A DNA stretch of 64,000 nucleotides from Polyangiales bacterium (GCA_038231275.1 JBBRLQ010000023.1:1-64000), one strand, 5' to 3'. Shown: positions 9,632 to 19,694, numbered from the stretch's first letter. A program made the numbers and translations. Notes: generated by a model not told the origin, from the letters alone.

Positions 9632-10522
9632 CTACGCCGCGGCGGGAGCGGGCTCTTCCGCGTTCGCCTCGACCCGCCGGCTGATCCATGCGCCGAACGC
9701 GGCCGCCGTGAAGAACATGATCACGCTGTAAATCGCCGGCGGGATCGCCATCGTCGGACTGTGGAGGAGCCCCGTCGCGATCGCGATGGCCAGGGTCCCG
9801 GTGTGGATGCCGATCTCCATCCCGATCGCCACCGACTGCCGCTTCGAGAGGCGCGCGACGCGCGGCACGACGTAACCGACCGCCAGGCTCGTCAGGTTGA
9901 AGAGGAGCGCCGCCGCGCCGACCGCCGCGAAATTGTCGGCCAAGGTCTGCCGATCTTTGATGACCGCCGCCACGACGATGACCGCGAGAAGCGCCGCCGA
10001 CGCGATGCGCATCGGCTTCGCCAACCGCGCCGCGAAGCCCGGAGCCCGCGCGCGCACGGCCATCCCGATGCCGACGGGAATCAGCACCACCGCGAATACC
10101 TGCACGACCTTGTCGAACTGGAGCCCGATCACCGTGCTGGTCCCCGCGAGCGCGGCCAGCGACAGGTTCACGATGATCGGCAGCGTCACCATCGACAGGA
10201 CGCTGTTCACCGCGGTGAGCGTTACGTTGAGCGCAACGTCTCCGCGCGCCAGGTGGCTATACAGGTTCGCCGTCGCCCCGCCCGGAGACGCCGCGAGGAG
10301 CATCAGGCCCACGGCGAGCTCGCCCGGCAGCGCCAGCGCCTTCACGAGCCCGAAACAGAGGAGCGGCAGCGCGATCATCTGGCAAAAGAGCCCGATGGCG
10401 ACCGCCTTCGGGTAGACGACCACCCGCTTGAAGTCGGCGATCGTCAGCCCCAGGCCGAGGCCCAGCATGATGATCGCCAGGGCCAGCGGCAGAAAAACTG
10501 CGGTGATCAGGCTCGGTTGCAT
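9632..10522 (-). CDS. Bile acid:sodium symporter (BASS) family transporter
   Basis: MLGLGLGLT, GLFCQ, SPGGATAN, GDVALNV and GMEIGIH motifs. Confidence 0.92.
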   Translation of the reverse strand: MQPSLITAVFLPLALAIIMLGLGLGLTIADFKRVVVYPKAVAIGLFCQMIALPLLCFGLVKALALPGELAVGLMLLAASPGGATANLYSHLARGDVALNVTLTAVNSVLSMVTLPIIVNLSLAALAGTSTVIGLQFDKVVQVFAVVLIPVGIGMAVRARAPGFAARLAKPMRIASAALLAVIVVAAVIKDRQTLADNFAAVGAAALLFNLTSLAVGYVVPRVARLSKRQSVAIGMEIGIHTGTLAIAIATGLLHSPTMAIPPAIYSVIMFFTAAAFGAWISRRVEANAEEPAPAAA

Positions 10523-10665
10523 GGTCCAGTCCTCCCCGAGAAATTAGAGCAAAGGCACTAGCACCAAAGCTCCCCGGGGCCACGTCTCGAACGTTTCCGG
10601 GTCGCCGGGCGGCGCGTCTTCGAAGCATCGACGGGCCGCGAGGGTCGGTGATACAAATCGCCGCC

Positions 10666-11622
10666 ATGCGTTTGCCCGCCCTCTTCGCCACCGTCCTCCT
10701 CGCTGCCATTTCCAGCCTCGGGTGCATCGAGTCGATGCTCACGAACGGCCAGATCGAGGCCACCCGGCGCGCCAGCGGCGCCTTCGACACCATTGGCGAC
10801 TACGAGCTCGCCCGAAGCGCCGCGCAGGCCGGCCTCGTGCAGTTCGAGGGCATGCACCGCCTCGCACCGAAGAACGAGGACGCGCTCTTCATGCTCACGC
10901 AGGGCTGGGTCGGCTACGGCTTCGCGTTCGCCGAGGACGACATGGAGGCCGCCGCCGACAAGGGCGATGAGGCCGGCGTCGAGTACCACAAGAAGCGCAC
11001 GAAGATGGCGTACGAGCGCGGCGTCTTCTACGGCCTCGAGCTCCTGTCGCACACCGACGACGGCTTCAAGGCCGCGCGCAGAGACACCGACACGATGAAG
11101 AAGTGGCTCAGCGAGAAGTTCACGAACAAGGACCTCGCGGGCAGCCTCTTCTGGACCGGATACGCGTGGCTCGGCCGGACCAACCTGCTCCGCGACGATC
11201 CCGAGGTCGTCGCCGATCTCTACGTCGGCGTCGCGATGATCGAGCGCAGCATCGAGCTCGATGTAGAGTACATGCACCATACCGGCACGCTTGCCATGTC
11301 CGCCTACCATGCGCGCGCGGTGATCGCCGAGATGGACGAGGCGAAGAAGCTCTTCGAGTCGCTCCTCACGCTGACGCAGCACAAGACGCTGCTCGTGCAG
11401 CTCACGTACGCGCAGACGTACGCGTGCCTCAAGGCGGATCGCGCGCTCTACGAGAAGCTCCTGAACGAGGTGCTCTCGTCGGAGGATCCCGATCCGGACC
11501 AGCGCCTCAACAACACCGTCGCCAAGCGCAAGGCGCGGCGCTACCTCGGCAAGCAGCGCATGATGGACTGCGGCATGGACATGTCTGCGGCGACGCCGGC
11601 CCCGCCGCCCTCGAAGACCTGA
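10666..11622 (+). CDS. TRAP transporter T-component (TatT-like) lipoprotein
   Basis: Lipobox SLGC; helical TPR-like body; DRALYEKLLNEVL..NNTVAKRKARRYL C-terminus; dctPQM lies downstream. Confidence 0.8.
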   Translation: MRLPALFATVLLAAISSLGCIESMLTNGQIEATRRASGAFDTIGDYELARSAAQAGLVQFEGMHRLAPKNEDALFMLTQGWVGYGFAFAEDDMEAAADKGDEAGVEYHKKRTKMAYERGVFYGLELLSHTDDGFKAARRDTDTMKKWLSEKFTNKDLAGSLFWTGYAWLGRTNLLRDDPEVVADLYVGVAMIERSIELDVEYMHHTGTLAMSAYHARAVIAEMDEAKKLFESLLTLTQHKTLLVQLTYAQTYACLKADRALYEKLLNEVLSSEDPDPDQRLNNTVAKRKARRYLGKQRMMDCGMDMSAATPAPPPSKT

Positions 11623-11638
11623 CGCGACCTGACGCCGA

Positions 11639-12919
11639 CTACGGCTTGGCGACCTTGCGGATCTTGCCGGTAGGCGAGGCGTTGTCGCCGTATTCGCACC
11701 AGTAGACGGCGTTCGCGTCGACGGTGATGGGGCCGCTGGCGTTGAGCTTGTCGGCGAGCTGAATCGGTCCGCCCGCGGCGCACCCGGCGATGGGGCACGT
11801 GAAGACCTTGCCGTCGACGTTGGGCGTGTTGCCGGTGAACGTCCCGTCGGTGGTCCAATAGACGTTGGTCGCGTCGGCCGCGACGCCGACCGGCCCGATG
11901 GCGGAGCCTGCAGCGCCCGTGGTGTAGTCGACGCGGTTGGAGGGATCGGCCTTCGTCGCGCTGAAGACGTGGCCCGAGTTGGTCGTGTCGGTGTACGCCC
12001 AGTAGAAGCGCGTCGCGTCGAGGGCGACATAGCCGACGAAGCTGGCGTTGAGCGGCCCGACCGCCTCCTCGTTGTTGACGCCACCGTCGAGCGCCGAGCG
12101 GTACAGGTTCGGCTGCGAGCTCGTGTAGTAGGCGTGCGTGGCGTCGACGCCGAGGCCGAACGGCTTGTTCGTCGTCGCGATCACCTTCGACCCGGCGTCC
12201 GGGAGGGCGACGTTGACGGTCGAGTTGTTGTTCGCCGAGAAATAGACCTGACCGTTCGCGAGCTGCACGTTGATCGGCCAGTCTCCGCTGCCGACGAGGA
12301 CCGGCGCCCCTGCGCACGCCGGCAGCGTGCACTTCCACGCGCCGCCCTTGTAGCTCGCGCCGTCGAAGGGAAAGTCCCCGTTGGTCCAGTAGAGGGTCGT
12401 CCCTTCGACCTGAACGCCTTGCGCCTTGGTTTGTGCAGACTGGAGCGTCTTCGGCGTCCCGCCCGCCTTCGGGACCATCGCGACGATGCCTGCGCCGCTC
12501 GGTCCGCCGTAGGCCGTGTAGTAGACGTTCGTGGCGTCCGTCGTGATTCCGTCGGGGTTCGCGACCGTCGAGGCCAGCGTCACCGGATCGCATTTGCCGC
12601 CGGTGCACGTGCCGCCCTGGCAGTCGTGGCCGCATCGCCCGCAGTTCTGGGCGCTCCTCTGGAGGTCCGCCGCGCAGCCGCCGGTGTCGGCCTGGGCGTC
12701 GCCGCTGCTGGACCCGCTCGAGCCGGAGGACCCGCTCGAGCCGGAGGACCCGGACGATCCGCTCGAACCTGACGATCCGCTCGAGCCGGACGAACCCGAC
12801 GATCCATCTTCCCCGCCCGGCCCAGCGTCGGCGTCCAGATAGATGTCCTTGACCCCGATGAGGGCCGAGCAGCCCAGCAGGGACCCGGCGAGGACGGCGA
12901 GGAGTCGGGCGGCGCGCAT
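11639..12919 (-). CDS. Lipoprotein: (SSG)n linker, Cys-rich module and beta-propeller
   Basis: Lipobox LLGC; NCGRCGHDC module; repeated V-D-A-T-x-V-Y-W blades. Confidence 0.8.
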   Translation of the reverse strand: MRAARLLAVLAGSLLGCSALIGVKDIYLDADAGPGGEDGSSGSSGSSGSSGSSGSSGSSGSSGSSGSSGSSSGDAQADTGGCAADLQRSAQNCGRCGHDCQGGTCTGGKCDPVTLASTVANPDGITTDATNVYYTAYGGPSGAGIVAMVPKAGGTPKTLQSAQTKAQGVQVEGTTLYWTNGDFPFDGASYKGGAWKCTLPACAGAPVLVGSGDWPINVQLANGQVYFSANNNSTVNVALPDAGSKVIATTNKPFGLGVDATHAYYTSSQPNLYRSALDGGVNNEEAVGPLNASFVGYVALDATRFYWAYTDTTNSGHVFSATKADPSNRVDYTTGAAGSAIGPVGVAADATNVYWTTDGTFTGNTPNVDGKVFTCPIAGCAAGGPIQLADKLNASGPITVDANAVYWCEYGDNASPTGKIRKVAKP

Positions 12920-13119
12920 CGTCTTTAGAGGATACGGGAAAATCGCCCCTCGATCCCCACGCATTTCCACAGCCTCAACTACGCGACGCCCGTCAGACAT
13001 CGTGTATGCCCGCGAAGTCTCATTCGTCTAACGCCGGTGGTGACCCTCGCATTGGCCCTGGCAATTTGTCCTACTTGTGGAACTCTACCGCCCGCGATCG
13101 CGCACTTGGAGGCATGACG

Positions 13120-14115
13120 ATGATTCGTAGGCTCGTTTGGATTCTTGCGGCGGCAACGCTTGTACTAGGGGTCGTGAGCCTGCCGTCGGTCGCCGAAGCG
13201 GCGACGCTGAAGGTCGGGACGCTCGCGCCGGCGGAGTCGCCGTGGGGTCAGGTCTTCAAGATCTGGCAAAAGGGCGTCAAAGAGCGGACGAACGGGGCTC
13301 TCGAGCTCCAGTTCTTCTGGAACGGCCAGCAGGGCGACGAGGTCGCCATGGTCGGCAAGATGCGCACGGGCCAGCTCGACGGCGCCGCCATCACTGCCAC
13401 CGGCCTCGCGCAGATCTACAAGCACGTCATGGTGCTCCAGATGCCCGGCCTCTTCCCGACGTGGGAGAAGCTCGACGTCGCCCGCAACGCGATGCGCGCG
13501 AAGTTCGATCCGGAGTTCGAGTCCGCCGGCTTCCGCATCATCGGCTGGGGCGACGTCGGCATCGCGCACATGATGACCAAGGGCTTCCAGGTGAAGCGCC
13601 CCGCCGACCTGAAACACAAGAACACGTTCTTCCTCGCGGGCGACGTGATCGAGCCGATGGTCTATTCGATCATCGGGGACGTGACGCCGGTGCAGCTCAC
13701 CGTGCCCGAGGTCCTCCCCGCGCTCACGAGCAACAAGATCAGCGTCGTGAACGCGCCGGCGCTCGCCGCCGAGCAGCTCCAGTGGGCGAGCCGGCTCGAC
13801 AACATCAACACCGCGCCCAGCGGCATCGGCATCGGCGCCCTCATCTTCTCGTCTGCCAAGCTGAAGGAGCTCCCGGCTGACGCGCAGACCGCGCTCATCG
13901 AGACCGGCAAGGTCGCCGGCGACGCGCTCACGATCCGCATCCGCAAAGAGGACGGCGCCGCCTACGGCCGCCTCAAGGCCCGCATGACCGCCTACGAGCC
14001 GAACGAGTCGGAGCAGGCCGAGTGGAAGGAGCTTTTCCACAAGACCCGCCAGCGCCTCAAGGGGGCTCACTTCAAGCCCGAGGTGTTCGACGAGGCCGAG
14101 CGCCTGGCAAAATAG
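13120..14115 (+). CDS. dctP: TRAP substrate-binding protein (DctP/TatP)
   Basis: GGAGG RBS, signal peptide ending AEA, LKVGTLAPAESPW, GDEVAMVGKMRTGQLDGA. Confidence 0.9.
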   Translation: MIRRLVWILAAATLVLGVVSLPSVAEAATLKVGTLAPAESPWGQVFKIWQKGVKERTNGALELQFFWNGQQGDEVAMVGKMRTGQLDGAAITATGLAQIYKHVMVLQMPGLFPTWEKLDVARNAMRAKFDPEFESAGFRIIGWGDVGIAHMMTKGFQVKRPADLKHKNTFFLAGDVIEPMVYSIIGDVTPVQLTVPEVLPALTSNKISVVNAPALAAEQLQWASRLDNINTAPSGIGIGALIFSSAKLKELPADAQTALIETGKVAGDALTIRIRKEDGAAYGRLKARMTAYEPNESEQAEWKELFHKTRQRLKGAHFKPEVFDEAERLAK

Positions 14116-14133
14116 GGTTTTCCGACTGCCCGT

Positions 14134-14169
14134 AAAGGCGTCATCCTCGCGAGGGGGCGGCGCCTTTTT
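14134..14169 (+). terminator. Hairpin plus T-tract between dctP and dctQ (terminator or mRNA stabiliser)
   Basis: AAAGGCGTC..TCCTC-GCGA-GGGGG..GGCGCCTTTTT. Confidence 0.6.
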
Positions 14170-14221
14170 CGTTGTTCAGCGAAGTGCGCTTCCTTCCCGG
14201 TTCGCGTTATCGTAGCCCGCG

Positions 14222-15382
14222 ATGACCGAGGAAAAGACCGGGGAAGCGGGCCTCCCGAAGCAAGCCTGGGGCGAGCGGCTGGTGCGCTTCGACGCGGCGT
14301 GGACGCGCTTCGAGGCGCGAGCGTGCGCGTGGGTCCTCGTCGCGAACATCTTCGCGCTCTTCATCTGGGTGTGCTTGAGCGGCCTCTCCGCCGAGGGCAA
14401 CGCGGCCGGCGTCGTCTTCCGCGCGCTCTTCGGCGCGTGCGTCCTCGGCGGCCTCACCCACAAATTCGGCAAAGGTCGCATCGACCCGAAGCGGCACGAG
14501 CTCGCGGTCGCCGTCGCGGTCGTCGTCGGCCTCGCCGCCGGCAAGCTCTGGTCGCACACCGGCGTGTCGTACGCGTCGAACGTCCTCAACTGGATCCAGA
14601 ACGCGTCGGTCTTCCTCCTCTTCGGCGGCCTCCGCACGCCGGGCCTCGCGACGCGCCTCACGTTGTGGCTCGCCCTCCTCGGCGCGTCGATCGCGACCGC
14701 GCAGGGCAAGCACATCAACGTCGACGTCATCATGCGCTTCCTCACGCCGAAGATGCGCGTGCCCGTCGCGATCATCGGCTGGATGGCGGCGGCCGCCGTG
14801 TGCCTCGCCGGCGCGTGGGGCTTCTTCGACCACATCGCGATCCAGAATTTCCACACGCCGAAGGATCAGGCGTGTCACGACGACGCGACGAAGCGCTGCG
14901 ATCTCACGGCGGGCGACAAGCTCGCGCGGGTCGAGCACGAGATGGGGAATGATCTCTTCCTCGTCGGCCGTCAGCTGTCGCTCGATCTCATGACGCTCCC
15001 AAAGGTCCTCGGCGGGCAACGCTACGACGCGTACCTCCACCCGGCAGAGTGGAACGCGTGGATGGACGGCGCCGACTGGCGCGCGCGCTTCAAGGACGAG
15101 GACGTCAAGGCGCAGATGATGCCGACCGACATGCCGGAGCTCACGAAGATCCCGGCGGTCAACGTCCCGGGCGGCGGCGAGGACGCGCGTGGCCTCCTCA
15201 CCAAGGACATCAACTTCATTTTCGTCTTCGGCCTCTTCATGATCGCGCTGCGCTTCGTGCTGCGCTCGCTGCTCGTCCTCTCGGGTCACGTCATCGTCGA
15301 TCCGGACGCCGCGCACGGCGAGCCCGAGGTCGCGACCATCCACGATCCGACGGGCGCGGCCGCGCCCAAGGAGAGCGCCTGA
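14222..15382 (+). CDS. dctQ: TRAP small permease (DctQ), enlarged
   Basis: LWLALLGASIATAQGKHINVD DctQ motif; lies between dctP and dctM; stop overlaps the dctM ATG. Confidence 0.78.
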   Translation: MTEEKTGEAGLPKQAWGERLVRFDAAWTRFEARACAWVLVANIFALFIWVCLSGLSAEGNAAGVVFRALFGACVLGGLTHKFGKGRIDPKRHELAVAVAVVVGLAAGKLWSHTGVSYASNVLNWIQNASVFLLFGGLRTPGLATRLTLWLALLGASIATAQGKHINVDVIMRFLTPKMRVPVAIIGWMAAAAVCLAGAWGFFDHIAIQNFHTPKDQACHDDATKRCDLTAGDKLARVEHEMGNDLFLVGRQLSLDLMTLPKVLGGQRYDAYLHPAEWNAWMDGADWRARFKDEDVKAQMMPTDMPELTKIPAVNVPGGGEDARGLLTKDINFIFVFGLFMIALRFVLRSLLVLSGHVIVDPDAAHGEPEVATIHDPTGAAAPKESA

Positions 15383-17148
15383 TGGCCGCCGCGACCACCC
15401 CCGAGGCGGCGGCGAAGGCCGCGAAGGCCCGTAAAATCAGCCTCTCCGCGATCGGCGGCCTCGTCGCCGTCGTCGCGTGGCTCGGCGGAGTCGTGCCCGC
15501 GACCATCGTCGCGCTCGCGCTCCTCGGCACACCGCTCTTCGCGATCCTCGGCGGCGCCAGCGAGATCGCGTGGTTCATGAGCCCCGACACGCAGGATCAC
15601 TACCTGCGCTTCATCGCCGCGAAGATCCTGGACGATCAGTTCGCCGGCTCGCCCATCCTCGTCACGATCCCGCTCTTCACGTTCGTTGGCTACGTCCTCG
15701 CCGAGTCGAAGACACCGGAGCGCCTCGTCAAGGCGTCGGACGCGCTCATCGGCTGGATGCCGGGCGGCCTCGCGGTCGTGTGCATCTTCGCGAGCGCCAT
15801 CTTCACGCTCTTCACCGGCGGAAGCGGCGTCACGATCATCGCGATCGGCGGCCTCCTCTACCCGGCGCTTCGCCAGGCCGGCTACTCGGAGAAGTTCTCG
15901 CTCGGCATCGTCACGACCAGCGGCTCGGTCGGTCTCCTCCTTCCGCTGTCCTTGCCCTTGATGGTGTACTCGCTCGTCGCCGGCATCGACATGATGCTCG
16001 CGTTCAAGGCGGTGCTCGCGCCGGGCTTGCTCGTCCTCCTCATGTTGTCGGCGTACGGCATCATGGTCGGCATCCGCGAGAAGATCCCGCTCAAGAAGGC
16101 CGACCCGGTGCTGATGGCCAAGGGCCTCTGGATGATCAAGTGGGAGCTCGGCATCGGCGTGCTCCTCGCGGTCACGCTGTCGACCGGCCTCGCGCAGATC
16201 GACGAGGTCGCCGGTCTCGTGGCGCTCTACGCCGTGTACATCGAGTTTTTCGTCTACAAAGATCTGTCGATCAAGAAGGACCTCGTCCGCATCGCGAAGA
16301 GCTCGATGAGCCTCGCCGGCGCCGTCATCTTGATCCTCGCGATGGCGAACGCGCTCATCAATTACGTGATCGACAAGAAAGTGCCCGATCTCATCCTGGG
16401 CTACATGCTCGCGCGCGGGCTCGATCAGGCGTGGCAGTTCCTCATCGTCATGAACGTGTTCTTGCTCGTGCTCGGCATGGTCATGGATGGGTTCAGCGCG
16501 ATCCTCGTCGCCGTTCCCCTCGTGCTCCCCTTCGCGGCACACTTCGGGCTCGGGCCGTTCCACGTCGCGATCATCTTCATCCTGAACCTCGAGCTCGCGT
16601 TCTGCTTGCCGCCGCTCGGGCTCAACCTGTTCATCTCCAGCTTCCGCTTCGGGCGGCCGGTGGTGAGCCTGTACAAGGTGGTGCTGCCGTTCGCGGGCAT
16701 CCTGACGATCGCGCTCTTCCTCGTGAGCTACATTCCCCGTATCAGCGACGTGCTGGTCCTCGGCAACATCGCGGCGCAGCGCGACGACGCGATCAAGAGA
16801 GGAGTGCCGCCGCGGGAGGCGTGGCTCCTCGAGTGCGTGCAGCACGACCGCCTGAATCCGCTGCCGTGCACCGAAGAGGACAAGAAGAAGTGGCCGAACG
16901 GCCTCGCGGCGGTCACGCCGAACGGGGCGACGCCTTCGGAGGACGCCGGGGCGAAGGTCGTCGACGAGGACGAAGAGGCGATGCTCCGCGCGATGGGCGT
17001 GGGCGGCGGCGTGGGCGGTGGCGACGGCGGAAAAACCGGGGACTCCGCGGCGCCTGCGGCCGAGGCTGGGATGTCCGGGAATGAGAGCGAGGACGATCTG
17101 CTCAAGATGATGGGCGCGGGCGGCGGCGCGAAAAAAGACGGGGGCTGA
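15382..17148 (+). CDS. dctM: TRAP large permease (DctM) with C-terminal extension
   Basis: IPLFTFVGY, GGSGVTIIAIGGLLYP, SGSVGLLLP and NLELAFCLPPLGLNLF motifs. Confidence 0.92.
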   Translation: MAAATTPEAAAKAAKARKISLSAIGGLVAVVAWLGGVVPATIVALALLGTPLFAILGGASEIAWFMSPDTQDHYLRFIAAKILDDQFAGSPILVTIPLFTFVGYVLAESKTPERLVKASDALIGWMPGGLAVVCIFASAIFTLFTGGSGVTIIAIGGLLYPALRQAGYSEKFSLGIVTTSGSVGLLLPLSLPLMVYSLVAGIDMMLAFKAVLAPGLLVLLMLSAYGIMVGIREKIPLKKADPVLMAKGLWMIKWELGIGVLLAVTLSTGLAQIDEVAGLVALYAVYIEFFVYKDLSIKKDLVRIAKSSMSLAGAVILILAMANALINYVIDKKVPDLILGYMLARGLDQAWQFLIVMNVFLLVLGMVMDGFSAILVAVPLVLPFAAHFGLGPFHVAIIFILNLELAFCLPPLGLNLFISSFRFGRPVVSLYKVVLPFAGILTIALFLVSYIPRISDVLVLGNIAAQRDDAIKRGVPPREAWLLECVQHDRLNPLPCTEEDKKKWPNGLAAVTPNGATPSEDAGAKVVDEDEEAMLRAMGVGGGVGGGDGGKTGDSAAPAAEAGMSGNESEDDLLKMMGAGGGAKKDGG

Positions 17149-17180
17149 GTGGAGCGAAGCGGAGCGGAGCGAAACGCTCC
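17149..17180 (+). repeat. REP-like 32-bp element, copy 2
   Basis: GTGGAGCGAAGCGGAGCGGAGCGAAACGCTCC directly after the dctM TGA. Confidence 0.9.
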
Positions 17181-17187
17181 TGACGGA

Positions 17188-17209
17188 AAGACCTGACCGG
17201 TCAGGTCTT
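17188..17209. promoter_or_regulatory. Perfect 22-bp palindrome, candidate operator
   Basis: AAGACCTGACCGGTCAGGTCTT is its own reverse complement. Confidence 0.55.
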
Positions 17210-17343
17210 GAGCGCTCGCGGGCGCGTCCCGTCCGATCCCATCGGATTGATCCAACCATCCGATGGATCCAAGCGCACATTCGCGCATGTTTTGACCGCT
17301 GCGGCATTGCCGGTCCGCTCGTGGCGGGACACGCTGAGCAGTG

Positions 17344-17790
17344 ATGAATCTGCACCACCCGCTCTCGCCGTACCGCTATCCCGCGCTCCACGTGAACCCG
17401 ATCCCGCGAGACCGTCGGTGGCTCAGATCCACCGCGATCGGTGCCACGTGCTTCGTCGCCGGAATCGTCGCGACGGTGGCCGGAATCAAGGTGGCGGAGA
17501 TGGTCGCCGATCAGGAGCTAGGCTGGATGGCGCGGGTCGAGCACCGCCGAACCGATCCGTTCGTCGGCGTGCAGGTGCAAGAGCCGTCGCCGGTCACGCT
17601 GCGCGAGCCGCCTCCGAGCGTGACCGATGCGGCGCGCGATTCGCTTTTGACCGACCCCGAGCGCTCCAAGTACCTCCTCTTGCCCCGAGTCGCGAGCGGC
17701 TTCGGTACGGCAGACGAGGCCCGTGTCCTCAGGGCGGCGTGCGAGGGGCTGAAGGATCGCCCCTGTCTCGACCTCCTCAACGCGCGCTGA
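17344..17790 (+). CDS. Hypothetical single-TM protein
   Basis: One hydrophobic helix (AIGATCFVAGIVATVAGI) and a C-terminal Cys pair; fills the intergenic space. Confidence 0.6.
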   Translation: MNLHHPLSPYRYPALHVNPIPRDRRWLRSTAIGATCFVAGIVATVAGIKVAEMVADQELGWMARVEHRRTDPFVGVQVQEPSPVTLREPPPSVTDAARDSLLTDPERSKYLLLPRVASGFGTADEARVLRAACEGLKDRPCLDLLNAR

Positions 17791-17792
17791 GA

Positions 17793-17824
17793 GTGGAGCG
17801 AAGCGAAGCGGAGCGAAACGCTCC
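17793..17824 (+). repeat. REP-like 32-bp element, copy 3
   Basis: GTGGAGCGAAGCGAAGCGGAGCGAAACGCTCC 2 nt after a TGA. Confidence 0.9.
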
Positions 17825-17845
17825 TTGAGCTAAGATGTCAGGCGC

Positions 17846-19579
17846 ATGCCTCACGCGGCGCCAGGGGGAGGGGACGACGCGGACGAAGCGCCGACCGAGA
17901 AACGGCCCTCGGAGGGGTCGACCGAGATCGAGCGCCTCGCGCAGCCCGCCGATCGGCCGAGCCAAGGACCGTTCGCGTCGGAGACGGGCTCGAGCGACGG
18001 GACGAGCGCGCTCTCCCTGTCGACGCCGCGCGAGACGTTGCTCCTGCAGGAGATCGGCCGCACGCGCGTCTTCATGCGCCTCGCGATCGCGCTCGCCATC
18101 TCGCAGATCTTCGCACTTGTCCTGCTGAAAGGAGACCCGCTCTTGCGCGGCGTCTTCGCGGCTGCGGCGGTCGCGGTCGTCGGCGCGTGCGGGTGGATGC
18201 TGTCCAAGCTGCGCGACGACGCCGCGTACACCGTCGAGCGGGCGGTCGTCACCGCCTACACCTGCGTCGCCGCTGCCTTCGCCGGGATCGCGTATTACGG
18301 TGTATTTTCACCGGCGGCGTCGATCCTGCCGTTCGGCCTCTTCTTCTTCAGCACCGGCCAGCACGCGCGCGCGACGCAGTCGGTTCTCGTCACGTGCCTC
18401 CTCATGTACGGCGTGCTGGGGTTGGGCATCGCCGCGGGCCTCGTCCCCGATCGTGGCCTCGTGACCGCCGCGTCGCTCGGCGCGTTCCCCAAGGTCGTGA
18501 TCGTCGTCGTGGCCGAGACGGTCTTCGTGGGCACCTATGCGATCGCGCGCGCGACGCGCAACGAGACGCTGGACGCGATCGCGCGGCACGACGTCGTCCT
18601 CCGCTCACTCGCGCAGCGCGATGCGCTCCTCAAGGAGGCGCGTCAAGATCTCGCGCAGGTGATGCGCGTCGGCGGCATCGGGCGCTACTCCGGCGAGATT
18701 GTCGGCTCGTACCGCCTCGGCAAGGTGATCGGTCGCGGCGCGATGGGCGAGGTGTACGAGGGGCGTGCGACGGCCGGCGTTGGTGAGGCCGCGGTGAAGC
18801 TCCTCCATGCCGAGCTGCTCGCCCAGCCGGAGCTCGTTCAGCGTTTCTTTCGCGAGGCGGAGATCGCAGGCAGCCTCAACTGCCCGAACGTCGTGCAGCT
18901 CCTCGAGTCGGCGGGCACGAACGCGCCGGTGCCGTACCTCGCGATGGAGCTCCTGCGCGGCGAGGATCTCGCCGACTACCTGCGCGCGCACAAGCGGATG
19001 CCGATGCGCCGCGTGCTGACGATGCTGCGGCAGGTCGGGATCGGCCTCGACGCGGCGCGCGCGGCGGGGATCGTCCACCGCGATTTGAAGCCGCGCAATT
19101 TGTTCCTCGCGAAGATCGGCGGCCAGGACATCTGGAAGATCCTCGATTTCGGCGTCTCCAAGCTCCTCGCGCACGACGGCACGCTCACGCAAGGCGCGAT
19201 CGTCGGGACGCCCGCGAATATGGCGCCGGAGCAGGCGTCGGGCGACAAGGTCGATCACCGCGCCGATCTCTTTTCGATGGGCGTCATCGCCTACCGCGCG
19301 ATCACCGGGCGGCCGCCGTTCGCGGGCGATACGAGCGTGGAGATCCTCTACAAGGTCGTGCACTCGATGCCGCCGCGGCCGAGCGACATCGCGATCGTCG
19401 GCGAGGAGGTGGAGCTCGTCCTCGCGCTGGCCCTCGCCAAAAACCCGGCCGATCGCTTCGACACCGCGGCGGATCTCGCGCAGGCGCTCGACGCGGCGTC
19501 GCGCGGGCGGCTCGACGGGCGGATCGCGTCGCGCGCCCGGCGCGTCCTCGAGACGATGCCGTGGGGGCACACGGGATAG
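17846..19579 (+). CDS. Membrane Hanks-type Ser/Thr kinase
   Basis: About six TM helices, then GRGAMGEVY, AAVKLL, HRDLKPRN, DFG and MAPE. Confidence 0.92.
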   Translation: MPHAAPGGGDDADEAPTEKRPSEGSTEIERLAQPADRPSQGPFASETGSSDGTSALSLSTPRETLLLQEIGRTRVFMRLAIALAISQIFALVLLKGDPLLRGVFAAAAVAVVGACGWMLSKLRDDAAYTVERAVVTAYTCVAAAFAGIAYYGVFSPAASILPFGLFFFSTGQHARATQSVLVTCLLMYGVLGLGIAAGLVPDRGLVTAASLGAFPKVVIVVVAETVFVGTYAIARATRNETLDAIARHDVVLRSLAQRDALLKEARQDLAQVMRVGGIGRYSGEIVGSYRLGKVIGRGAMGEVYEGRATAGVGEAAVKLLHAELLAQPELVQRFFREAEIAGSLNCPNVVQLLESAGTNAPVPYLAMELLRGEDLADYLRAHKRMPMRRVLTMLRQVGIGLDAARAAGIVHRDLKPRNLFLAKIGGQDIWKILDFGVSKLLAHDGTLTQGAIVGTPANMAPEQASGDKVDHRADLFSMGVIAYRAITGRPPFAGDTSVEILYKVVHSMPPRPSDIAIVGEEVELVLALALAKNPADRFDTAADLAQALDAASRGRLDGRIASRARRVLETMPWGHTG

Positions 19580-19694
19580 CGACGGCGCAAAGGGCGGCTC
19601 CGTTTCGTCCTTGTCCGCGCTCCTCCGGCGCCTCAAACTGCCGAGGTGACGCGCCGCAAGCTCTCGACGTATTGAGGCGCGCCAGAGCTCCGTA

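Noticed and set aside
19201..19230. Kinase GTPANMAPE lacking the usual Tyr; similar single changes in BASS (GIHTG) and CarB (ELGDVG)
   Set aside because: Each could be a single-base variant or consensus error. All catalytic motifs are intact, so there is no basis for calling pseudo-enzymes.
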